Shown: piece after piece, positions 40,471 through 51,700 of the stretch
Layout of the letters: each line of letters opens with the position of its first letter
How positions within the stretch are numbered: the stretch's first letter is position 1
Assembly (NCBI GenBank): GCA_019828565.1
Contig: JAHDYR010000021.1
Span: 62,001 to 126,000, forward strand
From: Carpediemonas membranifera BICM
Taxonomy: Eukaryota; Protista; Fornicata
DNA length: 64,000 bases
Direction: 5' to 3'
Notes under the pieces: model-generated
Databases searched by the model: none
What the model saw: only the letters and a program-made list of their open reading frames with translations
Told to the model about the DNA's origin: nothing
Translations under genes and position numbers: made by a program

Positions 40471-42057
40471 TCATCCCCTGCCCTGCATACGGTCGAGCTG
40501 GGCCTGCTTGATCTTGAGCCGCTCCATCTTCAGGGCGAGCAGCTGGATCATGGCAGAGTCAGCCGCCTGCTGCGACCGCTCACTCAGCTCCGCCGCTCTC
40601 GCCTGGATGAGACCTGACACAATCGACCCAAAATGACTCGACTCCGACTCCAGAGTCAAATTCGACTTGAGCGACTTTCGAACGGCACTCGACATTGCAA
40701 GAAGGACAGAAGGTCGTACTGATGCCAGAAGCTCTAGCGCCGCAGCAGAATCGGTCAGCCCAGTCTTACTTGGCGCTTGACACAACGCTGCTGTGCCGAA
40801 AAAGGCGGCAATGCATTCCTCAGGCGTTGACTCGAATGAAGTCGCGACTTGGGTCCAGGAGTCGGCAGTCGCCATCTCCCGAGCCAATGGAAGCAACTTC
40901 TCAGTCGGCCAGCCAGATCCAGAACCCATAAATCCCGAGAGAAGGGAGCCAGCCGGAGAATTGTGGCATCCGTCGCAGTAGACTTCGCCGTTTTCCATCA
41001 AATACACAGCAGTAACGGCTGACTTGCAGTTCTGGCATTCGAATGATATATTAGGAACAACTGCCGCCTGTGGCTTCTTGAACTTAAAGTCGGCCGGCAC
41101 GCTTGACTTTGGAAGTGGTTGGGGGCCGAGCCTGTCGGCCGACGGGTGGGTTGTAGCAGAACGGTTGATCACTCCGGTCGACTCCAAGAACTCGAACATA
41201 CGCTGCACGGCGCACACGTCGCATGGGATAGCCCTTCTGACCGCGGTAAAGGTGAGATACTCAGTGGGTCGAGCCTCGTACGCGTCCACAATAAAGTTGC
41301 GCCACGTGAGGTAGTTGACCGGATTCTTGACTGGACTGTTTCCGACGAAAAATTCACCCAACACCTCTCTCTCGCGGTCGTCCACTGAAGTCCGCGAGAA
41401 CCACGAGGGGGCTGGCTCGAGCATGGGCAAGATGTCCATGTTCATTTCCAGGGTCGTGCTGTCGGGCTGCTCCGACTCTCCCTGGGCGGGTTGGGGCAGG
41501 AGGTCAGAGGCGAGGATGGCTGCGGGTTGTGCCATCGGTTTGCCGGCACCGGGCTTGAAAGTGCGGGTGATGTACCCTGCTATGTTCTCGTCTGTGGGGC
41601 GGACCTGGGGCAGCATGTGGCCCGCCTCTGTACGGATCTCAACACGTTGTTGTGGGGCGGGCGTCTTGCGCTCATGACGGTGGTGATCATGGTGATGCTT
41701 CTTGTGGCGGACAGGCGGAGGAGAGGGTGTGGGGGGCTCTGAGAGGTACTCCTCAGGATCAGGCTCGATGTTTTCCTCGATCCAGATGATTTGGAGCTGA
41801 AGCTTCTCGTCATCGGAAAGAACAAGCGGCTGCTCACCAAAGGTACCATCAGACTGAATGAGATGGTCTAGAAAAATCTGGTTCACGCTTAAGCGCTTGG
41901 TTCCGGTCACAAGGCTCGATTTCAGCAGGACGCTCACTGCCGAGCTCGCACGGTCGGTGATTGCGGCAAAAGGAAGCGTGATCGGCAACGGCGCTGCAAT
42001 TTTCTCCCGCAGTTCGTCCTTCTGTGTCTTCTTGACGCGTGGGGTTCCTCTTGGCAT
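40471..42057 (-). CDS. SWI3: SWI3/SMARCC/RSC8-like SWI/SNF subunit (SWIRM, zinc finger, degenerate SANT, coiled coil)
   Basis: PSWFS..EFF..KNPVNYLTWRNFIVDAY..P.EYLTFTAVRR..DVCAVQRMFEFLE..G.IN; CQNC..CDGC. Confidence 0.85.
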   Translation of the reverse strand: MPRGTPRVKKTQKDELREKIAAPLPITLPFAAITDRASSAVSVLLKSSLVTGTKRLSVNQIFLDHLIQSDGTFGEQPLVLSDDEKLQLQIIWIEENIEPDPEEYLSEPPTPSPPPVRHKKHHHDHHRHERKTPAPQQRVEIRTEAGHMLPQVRPTDENIAGYITRTFKPGAGKPMAQPAAILASDLLPQPAQGESEQPDSTTLEMNMDILPMLEPAPSWFSRTSVDDREREVLGEFFVGNSPVKNPVNYLTWRNFIVDAYEARPTEYLTFTAVRRAIPCDVCAVQRMFEFLESTGVINRSATTHPSADRLGPQPLPKSSVPADFKFKKPQAAVVPNISFECQNCKSAVTAVYLMENGEVYCDGCHNSPAGSLLSGFMGSGSGWPTEKLLPLAREMATADSWTQVATSFESTPEECIAAFFGTAALCQAPSKTGLTDSAAALELLASVRPSVLLAMSSAVRKSLKSNLTLESESSHFGSIVSGLIQARAAELSERSQQAADSAMIQLLALKMERLKIKQAQLDRMQGRG

Positions 42058-42256
42058 CGAGCGAGGCGCTTAAAACCTTAAAATGCACATTGCGAGTTTA
42101 GGCGATTCAAGGCCCAGAGCCAGCGGTGAGACCCAGGCGTCTCAAATGAATACAGTACTAATCCTACCAGACATTTCTTTAAATCATATTGGTTTCACCA
42201 TCGCCTTCCACTCCCACACTTGCAAGGCCCAAGAGCTTCCCCACCGACCCCACCAC

Positions 42257-43138
42257 TCAGTTTTCCTCCAACATCATCCTGCACATCTTGAAAAACCTCT
42301 CCGGGAAGTCGTGCATGTTACTGAATGACGGGAAGTAGTTCACGTCCACCACGTACAGCCTAGAGTCCGCCGCGTCCACCAGGACATCAAACCCGAAGAG
42401 AGATAGCCCGAGCGTCTTCGAAAGCGAGTCGCCCGCGGCCTGTATGGCCTCAGCGGGCAGGGCCTCGGTGGACATGGCCTCGCTGCTCCTGGCATGGGCC
42501 TGGCTGTCGAATGATCCATTCATCCCATCAATTGATGACTGAGCGGACTCGGACCAGTGGCCCTGGATGTAGTAGACCTTGTGGACAGCGTTTCCGTGGG
42601 CTACCATGCGCTGGGCGATGAACGGCAGCGGGGCCGAGTTAATCGCCGTACGGTCACCCTTCTGTGTGATGTAGAGCGTGTGGCTGTTGTCCAGGCCACA
42701 GGCCAGCTCGGGCTTGAGGATCCACCGCACTGAGTCGGAAAGGGCATCGCGGTCGGCCTCTGTCTCGACCAGGCGCCACTCTGGTGCCTTCACTGCACAG
42801 TGGTCGAGTGCTTGGTCGACTAGGCGCGCTACGGTTGCTCTGGACATCATGGTCTCGCTCGTCGAGATGGGGTCGATGATGGGGGCCTTGTCGCGGATAG
42901 CGCGGTTCTTCACGGCTGAAACGCGGTCATCTTCTCCGCGAGCTATCCAATCGCTGACCTTTTGCACAATCACATCGAATTTGGGCTCGGATTCGTCTGC
43001 CGAGAAGGGAGCTATCGAAATATCCTCAGTGGAGGCAGCATACTCCTCCAAGCGGCGGTAGAGAGAAGAATTCAGCTTCTTTTCCAACAATGCGAATGCC
43101 TGTGTAACATGTACCTGCTGCTATCATACCACTCTCAT
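42257..43138 (-). CDS. ITPK1: Inositol-tetrakisphosphate 1-kinase (ATP-grasp); intron 43100-43129
   Basis: MRV|AFALLEKK, FDVIVQKVSD, IIDP, ILKP..ACG..SH, H.N.VHKVY, LGLSLFGFDV, YVVDVNYFPSF. Confidence 0.9.
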
Positions 43139-43499
43139 GTCGTCAATGGTCGACTGAGTTTCGACTCGAAGTTTATGAGGACTCATGACCAACGAGCTCT
43201 ACATCACGCGCATGAATGCCATCAGCCTCCAAGCGATCGTCCGCATGCGGTGGCCCTGCGTGACCAGGCCCGTTGTCCTGTCGCACAACCCTCGTCACCC
43301 TTCGCCCGGCATCAAGCTTACCCCAGGCCAGGTTGGTGATCCGCTCGGCCTGCTCGGCGGTGAACACAGCATGGTCTATGTCCGCGGCGAGGGCGGACAC
43401 CTCGCTCCATGTGCCTGGGGCAACCAGCAACAACACGCGGGCCAGGGTCAACCCGCCCAATCACCGCTCGGCCGGCGCTTTACTGTACAATGACACCGC

Positions 43500-45362
43500 T
43501 CAGCGGCTCTCCCTATTTCGTCTCATCAAATTGGGACTCCGCTCCGGCATGCGGTCCTCGGGCCGGCGCTGCTCGGGCATCGACCGGTCCCACACCATGC
43601 GGTGGACGTCGCGCTGCTTCCTCCTGTCGTTGTTGGCCGCGTCGAACGTCATCAGGGCATGAAGCTGCTTGAGCTGCTGGTTGGTCGTCTGGTGCTCATT
43701 CCGCAACGTCGCCATCGACAGCGCCAGTGTACCATAATGCTGCGAGTACGACTGGTAGTGCCGCAGCAGCTTATCGAGCGCCACGTCGCTGTCATTTCCC
43801 ACTCCGTCCGCGGCCATCGTCATGTCCGAGGCGACTGCCTTGACCTCCAGGATGAACTGCCCAACGCACCGGAGCATGGGCTCCACCAGGTTCACACCGA
43901 TGGGCGAGCCGACGAAGAGACGCTCCTGCAGGTTCGTCAGGAAGACCGTGTGGCTCTTGATCGCGTCCTCGAAGTTCCTGCATGCCTCTAGTCTGCCCCG
44001 GGCGGTAGACACCATGTGCTCCGTCGTAAAGTGGAAGTAGCAGGATAAGGTCGCCATGCCCGCCCGGACGTCGGCTAGCATGGCGTTGATGCGGCGGATC
44101 TGGTCGAGAGCAAAGCTGTCCGCCGCCGCTGCCCCCCTGCATCCACTGGACGAACCGGCCCTGTCCCGGTGGGGCCGGCCCAGTTCCTTGAGGGACGACG
44201 CGGCAGCGTTCAGGGCGGCCGAGTAGTTGCTTACCTCGAGCAGCCGGGCACTGGCAGTGAGGTACATGCCCTGGATCGACTCGGAGAAGAACCCTGAAAG
44301 TGACTCGGGCACAGTCGGGTCGGTATCGCCCAGAGCAAGGAAACTGCCCGCCACACGGTCGAATGTGGCGAAGAACCCCGCGGTAACAAGGCTCTGCCAT
44401 AAAAGCGGGTCAACCTGCTGGTGTAGGAGGGAGATCACGTGCGGGAACTCTGCCTTGACGACGCCCGCCCGGGCGACCGTGACCAGGGCTGCCTCGAGGG
44501 AGGTGGCCGTGACAGCCTCGCCGTTGAGGTCCATCGAGATCTCAGAGCCCGTCATCCGGATCAGATGGGCCGTCTTTCCGATGGTCATGATGCGTTGGGC
44601 GGTCGGCTTGTCCACGAAGGCCGGCACGAGGCTGCCGACCTCCCCCCACCCGCTGAACCACTTCGACGACCGCACCGCCGCCACAGCACGCTTGATGGCG
44701 TTCTTCGGCGCACCCGCAGCCACTGGCTCCTCCGGTTCCTCGTCCTTGGCGTCCTTGGCGACGACCATGAAGTCAGCTGTCGGGTCGAGGAGCTCACCCC
44801 GGGTCAGCCAGACCGCAAGAGAGCGGGCGAACACGCGATATGCAGCTACAAACAGTCTATGAACCATACGGGGCATGGGGGCGTCGTGCTCTGGGCGATT
44901 CAGGAGGGACATGCGGTATAGTGTGGTGAGGACATTCGTGTCATCGGATGCGGGAGAGGTGGCATCGGAGAGGAGTTTTCGCGCCATATGAAGTACTTCT
45001 GGCCAGGAACTGCCCTCTATGTGTCTCAGAATGGCCATGAGCGAGTGCTTCTCGGTTTTGAAGGACGCGACGGAAGCCTCACCGATGTAGTCTTCGTATT
45101 CTGTTAAGATATCAACCATTTCGTTCGCAATTGCATATATGTAGCCAGAATACGGCTCATCTAAGCTTGTGAGAATCTCTTGCGTCTTTTCTGCGATGAA
45201 TGAGTAGTCCTCGCCAATACTCATCGCACAGGATACAATCGCTTGCGTCATAGCGTTGGAAGCTTCTAGTCGTATGTCTCGAATCCCCAGTGCGGCCTCA
45301 AAGATGCTGGAGAAGTCCATAATTAAGTCGTTCTCTAGGGTAAAACTGCACCGACGAACCAT
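43500..45362 (-). CDS. Gamma-tubulin complex component (GCP4-like, reduced)
   Basis: LAVWLTRGELLDPTADFMV, LVPAFVDKPTAQRIMTIGK, NFEDAIKSHTVFLTNL (GRIP1/GRIP2 motifs). Confidence 0.8.
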   Translation of the reverse strand: MVRRCSFTLENDLIMDFSSIFEAALGIRDIRLEASNAMTQAIVSCAMSIGEDYSFIAEKTQEILTSLDEPYSGYIYAIANEMVDILTEYEDYIGEASVASFKTEKHSLMAILRHIEGSSWPEVLHMARKLLSDATSPASDDTNVLTTLYRMSLLNRPEHDAPMPRMVHRLFVAAYRVFARSLAVWLTRGELLDPTADFMVVAKDAKDEEPEEPVAAGAPKNAIKRAVAAVRSSKWFSGWGEVGSLVPAFVDKPTAQRIMTIGKTAHLIRMTGSEISMDLNGEAVTATSLEAALVTVARAGVVKAEFPHVISLLHQQVDPLLWQSLVTAGFFATFDRVAGSFLALGDTDPTVPESLSGFFSESIQGMYLTASARLLEVSNYSAALNAAASSLKELGRPHRDRAGSSSGCRGAAAADSFALDQIRRINAMLADVRAGMATLSCYFHFTTEHMVSTARGRLEACRNFEDAIKSHTVFLTNLQERLFVGSPIGVNLVEPMLRCVGQFILEVKAVASDMTMAADGVGNDSDVALDKLLRHYQSYSQHYGTLALSMATLRNEHQTTNQQLKQLHALMTFDAANNDRRKQRDVHRMVWDRSMPEQRRPEDRMPERSPNLMRRNRESR

Positions 45363-45518
45363 GCCAGATCATCGCGGCGATGAATGCTCTAGCTCCATCT
45401 AAGTCGGAGCGGCCAGTCTCCGATAGCTCTTGTCGGCAGCCATCAAGAGTCCAAAGCTTCGGTCCGCAAAGAGTTTATTCTACGTTAGGCTGGCAGCTCG
45501 CTCGTGTACATGGACACA

Positions 45519-45860
45519 TCAGAGGTCATCCTTCGTGATAGTGCTCACGTCTACGGCCTCCTTCGGCCACTGGTCGCGGGGGAGCTTGCATTTCTCACAG
45601 CAATTCGCTTCCTTCGCGCAGTCGGAGCAGATAATGTGATATGCTGCCACAATCTTCTTCTGATCGCAGGAAGTGCACTTCTTGGGCGTAGTGAGAGGTT
45701 TGTACTGCCTGTAGTCCTTCCGCCATTGAATAATAGCATGGCAACGAGGACACACCCCCTCGTTGGGGAAAGAGTAAATCAGCTTCGTTTTCTTGCTGTT
45801 TTTGTTGTGTCTAAACGCATGCTCCGGCGCCCGCTCCCGCATCGGGTTCTTTCGGCCCAT
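45519..45860 (-). CDS. C9orf85/DUF2039 zinc-binding protein
   Basis: AFRHNKNSKKTK..GVCPRCHAIIQWRKDYRQYKPL..C..C..AYH.IC..C..C..C. Confidence 0.85.
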   Translation of the reverse strand: MGRKNPMRERAPEHAFRHNKNSKKTKLIYSFPNEGVCPRCHAIIQWRKDYRQYKPLTTPKKCTSCDQKKIVAAYHIICSDCAKEANCCEKCKLPRDQWPKEAVDVSTITKDDL

Positions 45861-46044
45861 TTCGGAACGTACAGGCCGTAAACTGCTCCATTGGGTCAGG
45901 AGCCTGTATCAGATGCCTAATGAGGCGCCATGACATCAGTTAGCACCATAGACCTACCTGTTACCGTCATATGAATGCTGCAACGACATTGCCTCCGTTC
46001 CTACACGCACCTTCCGAGACTACCTCCTTCCTGTTTAACCTATC

Positions 46045-46950
46045 TTACAACGATTTCCCGCTCTGCCCGGCCTTGATCCATAGCGGCCCAGAGTTGGCCT
46101 GCACCGCCTTCTCACAGGCCACGCCCAGTGCCTTCTGGTGCATGATATATGGCCCGACCGGGACGCTACGGACGACGTCTGGAATCTGCTCGTGGAGAGC
46201 GCCTACGGGGATAAATATGAGCTCCGTGGAAGAGAGGTGGGCGGCCGCGCGCTGGAGCACGCGGTCGGTGACTGCCGACAGGGGCACGCGGCGCAACGAC
46301 TGCTCCTTATCGCCGAGCGTGAGCTCTGTCTTCAGGTCAAGGTCAATGTGTACCTTGGATATGGTCACGCAGGGCAGCCCAGTGTTGCCGATGTCGACTC
46401 TGGTCGTCATCCTGAGCCCGAGCTGGCTGACTGCGGATGTCAGCCGGACGGGAATGAATATGATGCCACCCACACCGCAGCGCGCGCTAATGAGGATGGC
46501 CATGTCGCCTGTGACGACGGCGTCGACCTCCGCCTCGATTTTCTTGGCGAATCCGGTGCCGACGCTCTTTGTCACAACGAGGTGGCGGACCGAGGCGTTC
46601 AGACGCTCGGCCTGAAGTCCATCGACCTGGAAATCGGAGAGATACGGCTTAGCGAGGTCTGTAACCGCTGCTGTGGCACGGGAGAGCTCAGTCTTGAGGA
46701 GGCCAATATGCTCGGCGGTGACGTACTGCTCGACGGCGGTCTGGATGAGGCAGTTGAGCCAGCTGAGATGCTTAGATGAGTACTGAACAGCGTCACCTTC
46801 ATCGACGGGAGAATCCGCGGAAACGCTGAGATGGAGAGGTGTGTGCTTCTTCTCGTGGCCGCGAGAGAGCACAGGGAGGAGGTAAAGGAAGAATGCGAAG
46901 ATTATAACAAGAATTGCCGACGTGAAGCCGAAAAGGAACGAAAGGATCAT
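46045..46950 (-). CDS. N-terminally anchored SMP-domain (Mmm1/PDZD8/TEX2-like) lipid-transfer protein
   Basis: N-terminal TM MILSFLFGFTSAILVIIFAFFLYLL; start-of-SMP motif LSWLNCLI..., PYLSDFQV, beta-rich core. Confidence 0.55.
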   Translation of the reverse strand: MILSFLFGFTSAILVIIFAFFLYLLPVLSRGHEKKHTPLHLSVSADSPVDEGDAVQYSSKHLSWLNCLIQTAVEQYVTAEHIGLLKTELSRATAAVTDLAKPYLSDFQVDGLQAERLNASVRHLVVTKSVGTGFAKKIEAEVDAVVTGDMAILISARCGVGGIIFIPVRLTSAVSQLGLRMTTRVDIGNTGLPCVTISKVHIDLDLKTELTLGDKEQSLRRVPLSAVTDRVLQRAAAHLSSTELIFIPVGALHEQIPDVVRSVPVGPYIMHQKALGVACEKAVQANSGPLWIKAGQSGKSL

Positions 46951-47094
46951 GATCGGTTGTCGGCAAATGTCCAGTGCTCGACTGCGGCTAATCTGCGTCT
47001 GCACGAGCCGGGTGCCAGCATAACAAGCAGCTGCCCGGACATGCGCCCTAGACCCACGCCAGGCCACCATTAGCGTTTATGAAACAGCGGGGAA

Positions 47095-47494
47095 TTACAT
47101 GAAGCGGCGACCGGGGCGGTGTGACATCGTTTTGAACAGAGCATAGCCCACAGCAGCAACTAGACCGCCAGTGAAGACCATACTGATCATACCATCGCGC
47201 TTTGCCCGGTCAGAGACGATTTGGTAGAGTACGCGGGCCTCCATGTGGTTGGGCTGCATACGGAGGAGGCGGGAGAGGTTACGGCGGGCATCCTCATACT
47301 CGCTGAGCCTGAAATGCGCCAGTGCAAGGTGCATGAGGTATGTTGGTGTATCAGGGCCGTCTACAAGGAGCTCTGCGTCAAAGGAGGGTGAAAGGGGACA
47401 TACGGTTCAATAAATCAAGGCCGGCATGGATATCTTGCCTCTTTTCGGAGGTTATGAGTTGTGTAGCGTTTGTAAGGGTCTCTGAGACGTTCAT
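47095..47494 (-). CDS. FIS1: Mitochondrial/peroxisomal fission protein Fis1; intron 47373-47403
   Basis: LITSEKRQDIHAGLDLLN|QLL..YLMHLALAHFRLSEYEDAR..LL..QPNHMEA..L...AKRDGMISM + TM + basic tail. Confidence 0.88.
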
Positions 47495-47697
47495 TCCGCA
47501 GTCTTCTTCTGGCGTCGTTCTGCCGACTCCGCTGGCAAGCCCCACAATAAGCGGGCCGATGAGGCTAGTTCACTGTGCCAATAGCCGCTGTATGCAATGC
47601 GGCTGTGGTCAGGCAGAGTCGGCACGAATGGCCGCCCCGCGCGCTCAAACTACGGGCCCAAGGCCAAGCTTTACTATGATGTACGATGATATACAGC

Positions 47698-48543
47698 CTA
47701 CTCCACCGTCTCGTCCATCCACTGCACCACTATCCGCACGGAGTCCTCCCACTCAGTGTCATGCAGCAGCTCGTGCAGCTTGCCCCTGGCTGTCGTTACC
47801 ACCTTGTCCTCCGACGGGATGGCCGCGACATAGTCCTCAGCGAGCTTGTTGTCGACCACTCTGTCGTCTTGTGCCAGGAGGAGGAGGGTGGGGAAGATGC
47901 ACTTGTGCTTGAGCGTCGGCAAGACATCGAGCATCGTTAGCATCGACGCGAGGGTTCTCAGCGGTGTCCCTTTGCCCAGCAAAGGCTCCTCTGCGGCCAG
48001 GAAGCGGGGGTGGCATGTGAGGTTCGAGGCCTTGACGCGGTGGGGAACCCACCCCGGCGCCACCATCGCCCCAAGCCGCAGTGCCCAGTTGAATCCGGGG
48101 AACTTGAGTCCATCGGCGAACCCAAACAGTGGCGAGCTGAGAATCACACCACCGTGTCTCCATGACGCTGGAAACTCTGAAGCTAGCATGACGGCGATGG
48201 CAGAACCCATGCTCGTGCCCATGATGAACCGGGGGAGCGTGAAGTAGGAGTCTATGAGGTCGCTCACACGCACCAGGTCGCCCAAAAGGGACTCGAAGTC
48301 TTCAATAACAGCTCTTGGGCCCTCCGAGAGACCATGGCCGGCGTATGTGGGCGCTATTACAATATAGCCCGCTGCTACGAATGCTTCGAACACGTGGGCG
48401 TACCTAGAGCCGTATTCGCCCATCCCATGGAGGAAGAGGACGACGGCATGGGCCACGCGGGCGTAGTTCTTGGGGTAGTATGAGTCAATGCGGATTCTAA
48501 GGCCTTGCTTGTTGCTTACGTAGTTCGGAATAGGCCATGGCAT
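47698..48543 (-). CDS. Alpha/beta hydrolase (monoglyceride lipase/lysophospholipase-like)
   Basis: FLHGMGEYGSRY, GHGLSEG, nucleophile elbow GTSMG, DRVV, HELLHD. Confidence 0.88.
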   Translation of the reverse strand: MPWPIPNYVSNKQGLRIRIDSYYPKNYARVAHAVVLFLHGMGEYGSRYAHVFEAFVAAGYIVIAPTYAGHGLSEGPRAVIEDFESLLGDLVRVSDLIDSYFTLPRFIMGTSMGSAIAVMLASEFPASWRHGGVILSSPLFGFADGLKFPGFNWALRLGAMVAPGWVPHRVKASNLTCHPRFLAAEEPLLGKGTPLRTLASMLTMLDVLPTLKHKCIFPTLLLLAQDDRVVDNKLAEDYVAAIPSEDKVVTTARGKLHELLHDTEWEDSVRIVVQWMDETVE

Positions 48544-48764
48544 GCTGCTGTCTTTAAACCTTGGAGCGGCGTAAAACAAGACGCTCAAACACGGTCGTTC
48601 GGTAAAGCTGCACAATGTCGTAACACCTCCCAGTGAGCCTCTGAGCGATTGGCCAGGGCGCCCATGTGCTGCTGGGATCAGTCCAGGTGGACTGCGGGGT
48701 CTCGCCCCCGGCCCGACGGCGACTCCCGTCAAACTATCGTTTCTTTATGAATACAGTGCCGGGC

Positions 48765-51700
48765 TTAGTTCTTGACGCGCTCGGCCTCCTTGCGGGCCTC
48801 CTCGAGGAAGCGGTTGTTACCGGTCTTCTTGAGCCTAATGGTCGAGAAGTCGACCGTCTCTCGCATCGCGTCGTTCAGCAGCTTCGAGTTCTTCTCCTTC
48901 GCCATCGACTCCCTGGTCAGAGGCTTCCACACACGGGCGTGGCGCTTGGCCTGGGTCTCCCGGATCTCGACGGACAGCTCCTTCGTCTTCTCCTTCAGCT
49001 GCTCCGTCATGTTCGCCTGGAGGGCGTCCCGCTCAGCGACAGCCTCGTCCATGCGCCGCTGCATGATCCGGTTCTTCTCCGCTGCCTCAGTGACCGCCGC
49101 GGTCTTGACGCGCAGCTCCTCCTCGGCCTTCTCGAGCTTGGCCCCGGCGTGTTCAGCCGTCTCCGTCGCCGTGGTCGCCTGGGCCTTGGCGTCCTTCGCC
49201 TCCTTGCGGGCCTCGGCGGCCTCCTTCTGCGCGGCCTTGAGCTCCTCCTTGAGGGTCTTCTCGGCCTCCTTGAACTCTGTGGTGAGCTCGGTCTTGAGCG
49301 TCTTCAGCTCCGCTCCCTTGGCGCTGTTGGCCTCGCGCTGCGCCTCCTTCAGCGCCTTGAGCTCCTCCTTCGTCTCCTTGAGCTTCTCCCGGGTCCGCTC
49401 GAGGTCGGCCTCGATCTTCTCGATCGTCCCCGTCTGCTTCTTGATGACCTCGTCCTTCTTCTCGATGCGGACAGTGAGTGCGGCGACCTCCTCGCTGCTC
49501 TCCCCGTCCCCGCCCGCGGTGTCGCCCTGGCCATGCTTGACCACAGGTGCCCGGCGGCCCGCCCGGAGCTCGCTGAGGAGCGCCGTCTGCTTCTCCAGCC
49601 GGCCCTGCAGCTGTGCAGCGGTGTTGGCGAGCTGCTCGGCCCGCTCCCGCTGCATCAGCTCGCCCTGCAGGTACTTCTCCCGCTCGGCGGCCAGGTCTGC
49701 GTTCTCCTGCTCGAGGCGGCGCTTGAGGGCCGCGAGCTTATCCTGCTCGCTTGTCAGTAGGGCGTTGGTGTCCTGCAGGTCCTCGTGCTCGGCTTGGAGC
49801 TCCTGGTACTTCGCCTGGACGTCCTCGGCCGCGGCTACCTGGCTCTTGAGCTCGCGGATCGTGTCGTGCTGCGCGGCCATCGCCACCTGTGTCTCATCTC
49901 GCTCCTCGGCGATGCGCTGGTCGCGCTCCTTCGTGAGTTGCACGATGTCTGCCTTGAGAGCGTCCTTCTCCCGCTCCAGACCGCCTACGAGCTCCTCCAG
50001 CGACGTGAGGGCGTTCGTCAGATCCATGATCTCCTCGTTGTTCGCGGAGATCGTCTCCTGGGCAACACCGAGCTCCTTGCGGGCCTCGTTGACAGCCTTC
50101 TCGCGCTCGTCGAGGTAGGCCTTGTTCGCGGCGAGCTCCTGCTCGGCAAACTTGACCTTGGACTCGAGCGCGGCGACGGCGTCGGCGTGCTGCTGCCGGA
50201 GCTCCTCAAGCTCTTCCTCGGATGCGCCCGCGGAGGCCTCCTTGGCCTCCTCCAGCTCCTCTTCGAGCGCGGCCTTGGACTCCTCGAGCTCTGCAACCTG
50301 CTCCTGCATGTCGTTGAGCTCCTCCTCCATCGCCTCCAGCTCCTCCTTAAGCTCCTCCTCCTTGGCCACCTCGAGCTCCTCCAGCTCGGCCTCCTTTTCG
50401 GCGATCGTCTCCTTGAGCTCCTCGAGCTTCTCCTCCGTCTCCTCGGCCTCAGTGAGCTTAGCCTCGAGCTCCTCCTCGAGGGCGGCGATCTCCTCGTTCT
50501 TGCTCTCCTCTAGGCGGGAGTACTGCTCCTTGGCGAGTGCCAGGTCGCTCTGGAGGCCCTCGAGCTGCCGGTCCTTCTCGTCCAGGTCCGCCTGGGCGCG
50601 GGCCTCGGCCTCCTCGAGAGCTGCCTCGAACTCGACCTCCTTGCGGCGCATCTCTTCGGCGTCGGCGCTGTTGGCAGCTTCCTTAAGGGCGGCCTGCAGC
50701 TCATCAATCTCGGCCTGCATCTCCTTCTCCCGGCACGACAGCTCCTCCTCGGCGATCTTGACCTTAGCCTGCAAGTCAGCGATGCGGGCGTTGAGCTCGG
50801 CCGTCCCAACGCTGTTGCTCTCGAAGATCTGGCCCTGGGTGCTGTAGGGCGCCTGGGTCGACGCCGGCCCGTCGTTGTCCCCTGCGGCAGTAGCAGCGGC
50901 CGGGTCAGCAAAGCCGGATGCAGCGGCGGCCTCGGCCTCGATCTTGGCCTCGTCGACCTCTTCTCCCTTGGCAGCGGCCGCGGCCCGGGCCTCCTCCTTG
51001 GCCCGCTCGACCTCGCCCTGCACGGCCTCCTTCTCGTCGTCGTTGAGGCTGACGTCCATGCGTCGGCCCAGCGTGGCGGGGGGTGCGGCGTCCTCGCCCG
51101 TCTCGGCCTTGTTCTTGTAGAACTCGACCTCGGTCTCGAGGTCCTTGGCGTAGAGCTTGAGCTTGGCGATCTGGATGTTGAGCTGCTTGATGATCTTGAG
51201 CAGCTCGGCCGCGCTCTTCTGGGCGTTGCACTTAGCGACGTTCTTGATGGTTTTGGCGCGCTCACCGAACTTGAGCGTGTTGATCGTCTCCTCTCGGTTG
51301 AACTTATGGGGCGAGCAGGCGATGATGAGCGTCGTCTTGGTGTTACCGCCGAGGGACTCCTGCAGGATGCGGGTCAGCTTGCTGTCGCGGTATGGGATGT
51401 GCTTGGCGCCCACGACGAGGGCCTTGATGCAGTTGCCCAGGGCCGACAGCGAGCCGTTGATGCGCTTGGCCTCCTCGAACGTCTGGCCCTTCGCACCGGT
51501 CTTGGAGACCTTCTCGCTACCCGCCAGATCGACGAGGTTGAGCTTACCTGCGATGGACGAGCCCTCTTCGGACTTCTGGTCGACCTTGACGATGAACACA
51601 GAGTGCGAGCGGGACGACGTCGCGTTCATCTCGGTGAATGCCACGGACCTGCTCTTCTCGCCCTCCTCGAGCACGGTCATGATGTCCATCTCGTTGCCAA

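Noticed and set aside
43173-43493. Short ORFs between ITPK1 and the GCP gene
   Set aside because: No homology recognised and no consensus intron to build a gene model
50200-50520. Repetitive CTCCTC/GAGCTC DNA in kinesin
   Set aside because: Glu/Leu-rich coiled-coil coding sequence, not a repeat element or CRISPR array
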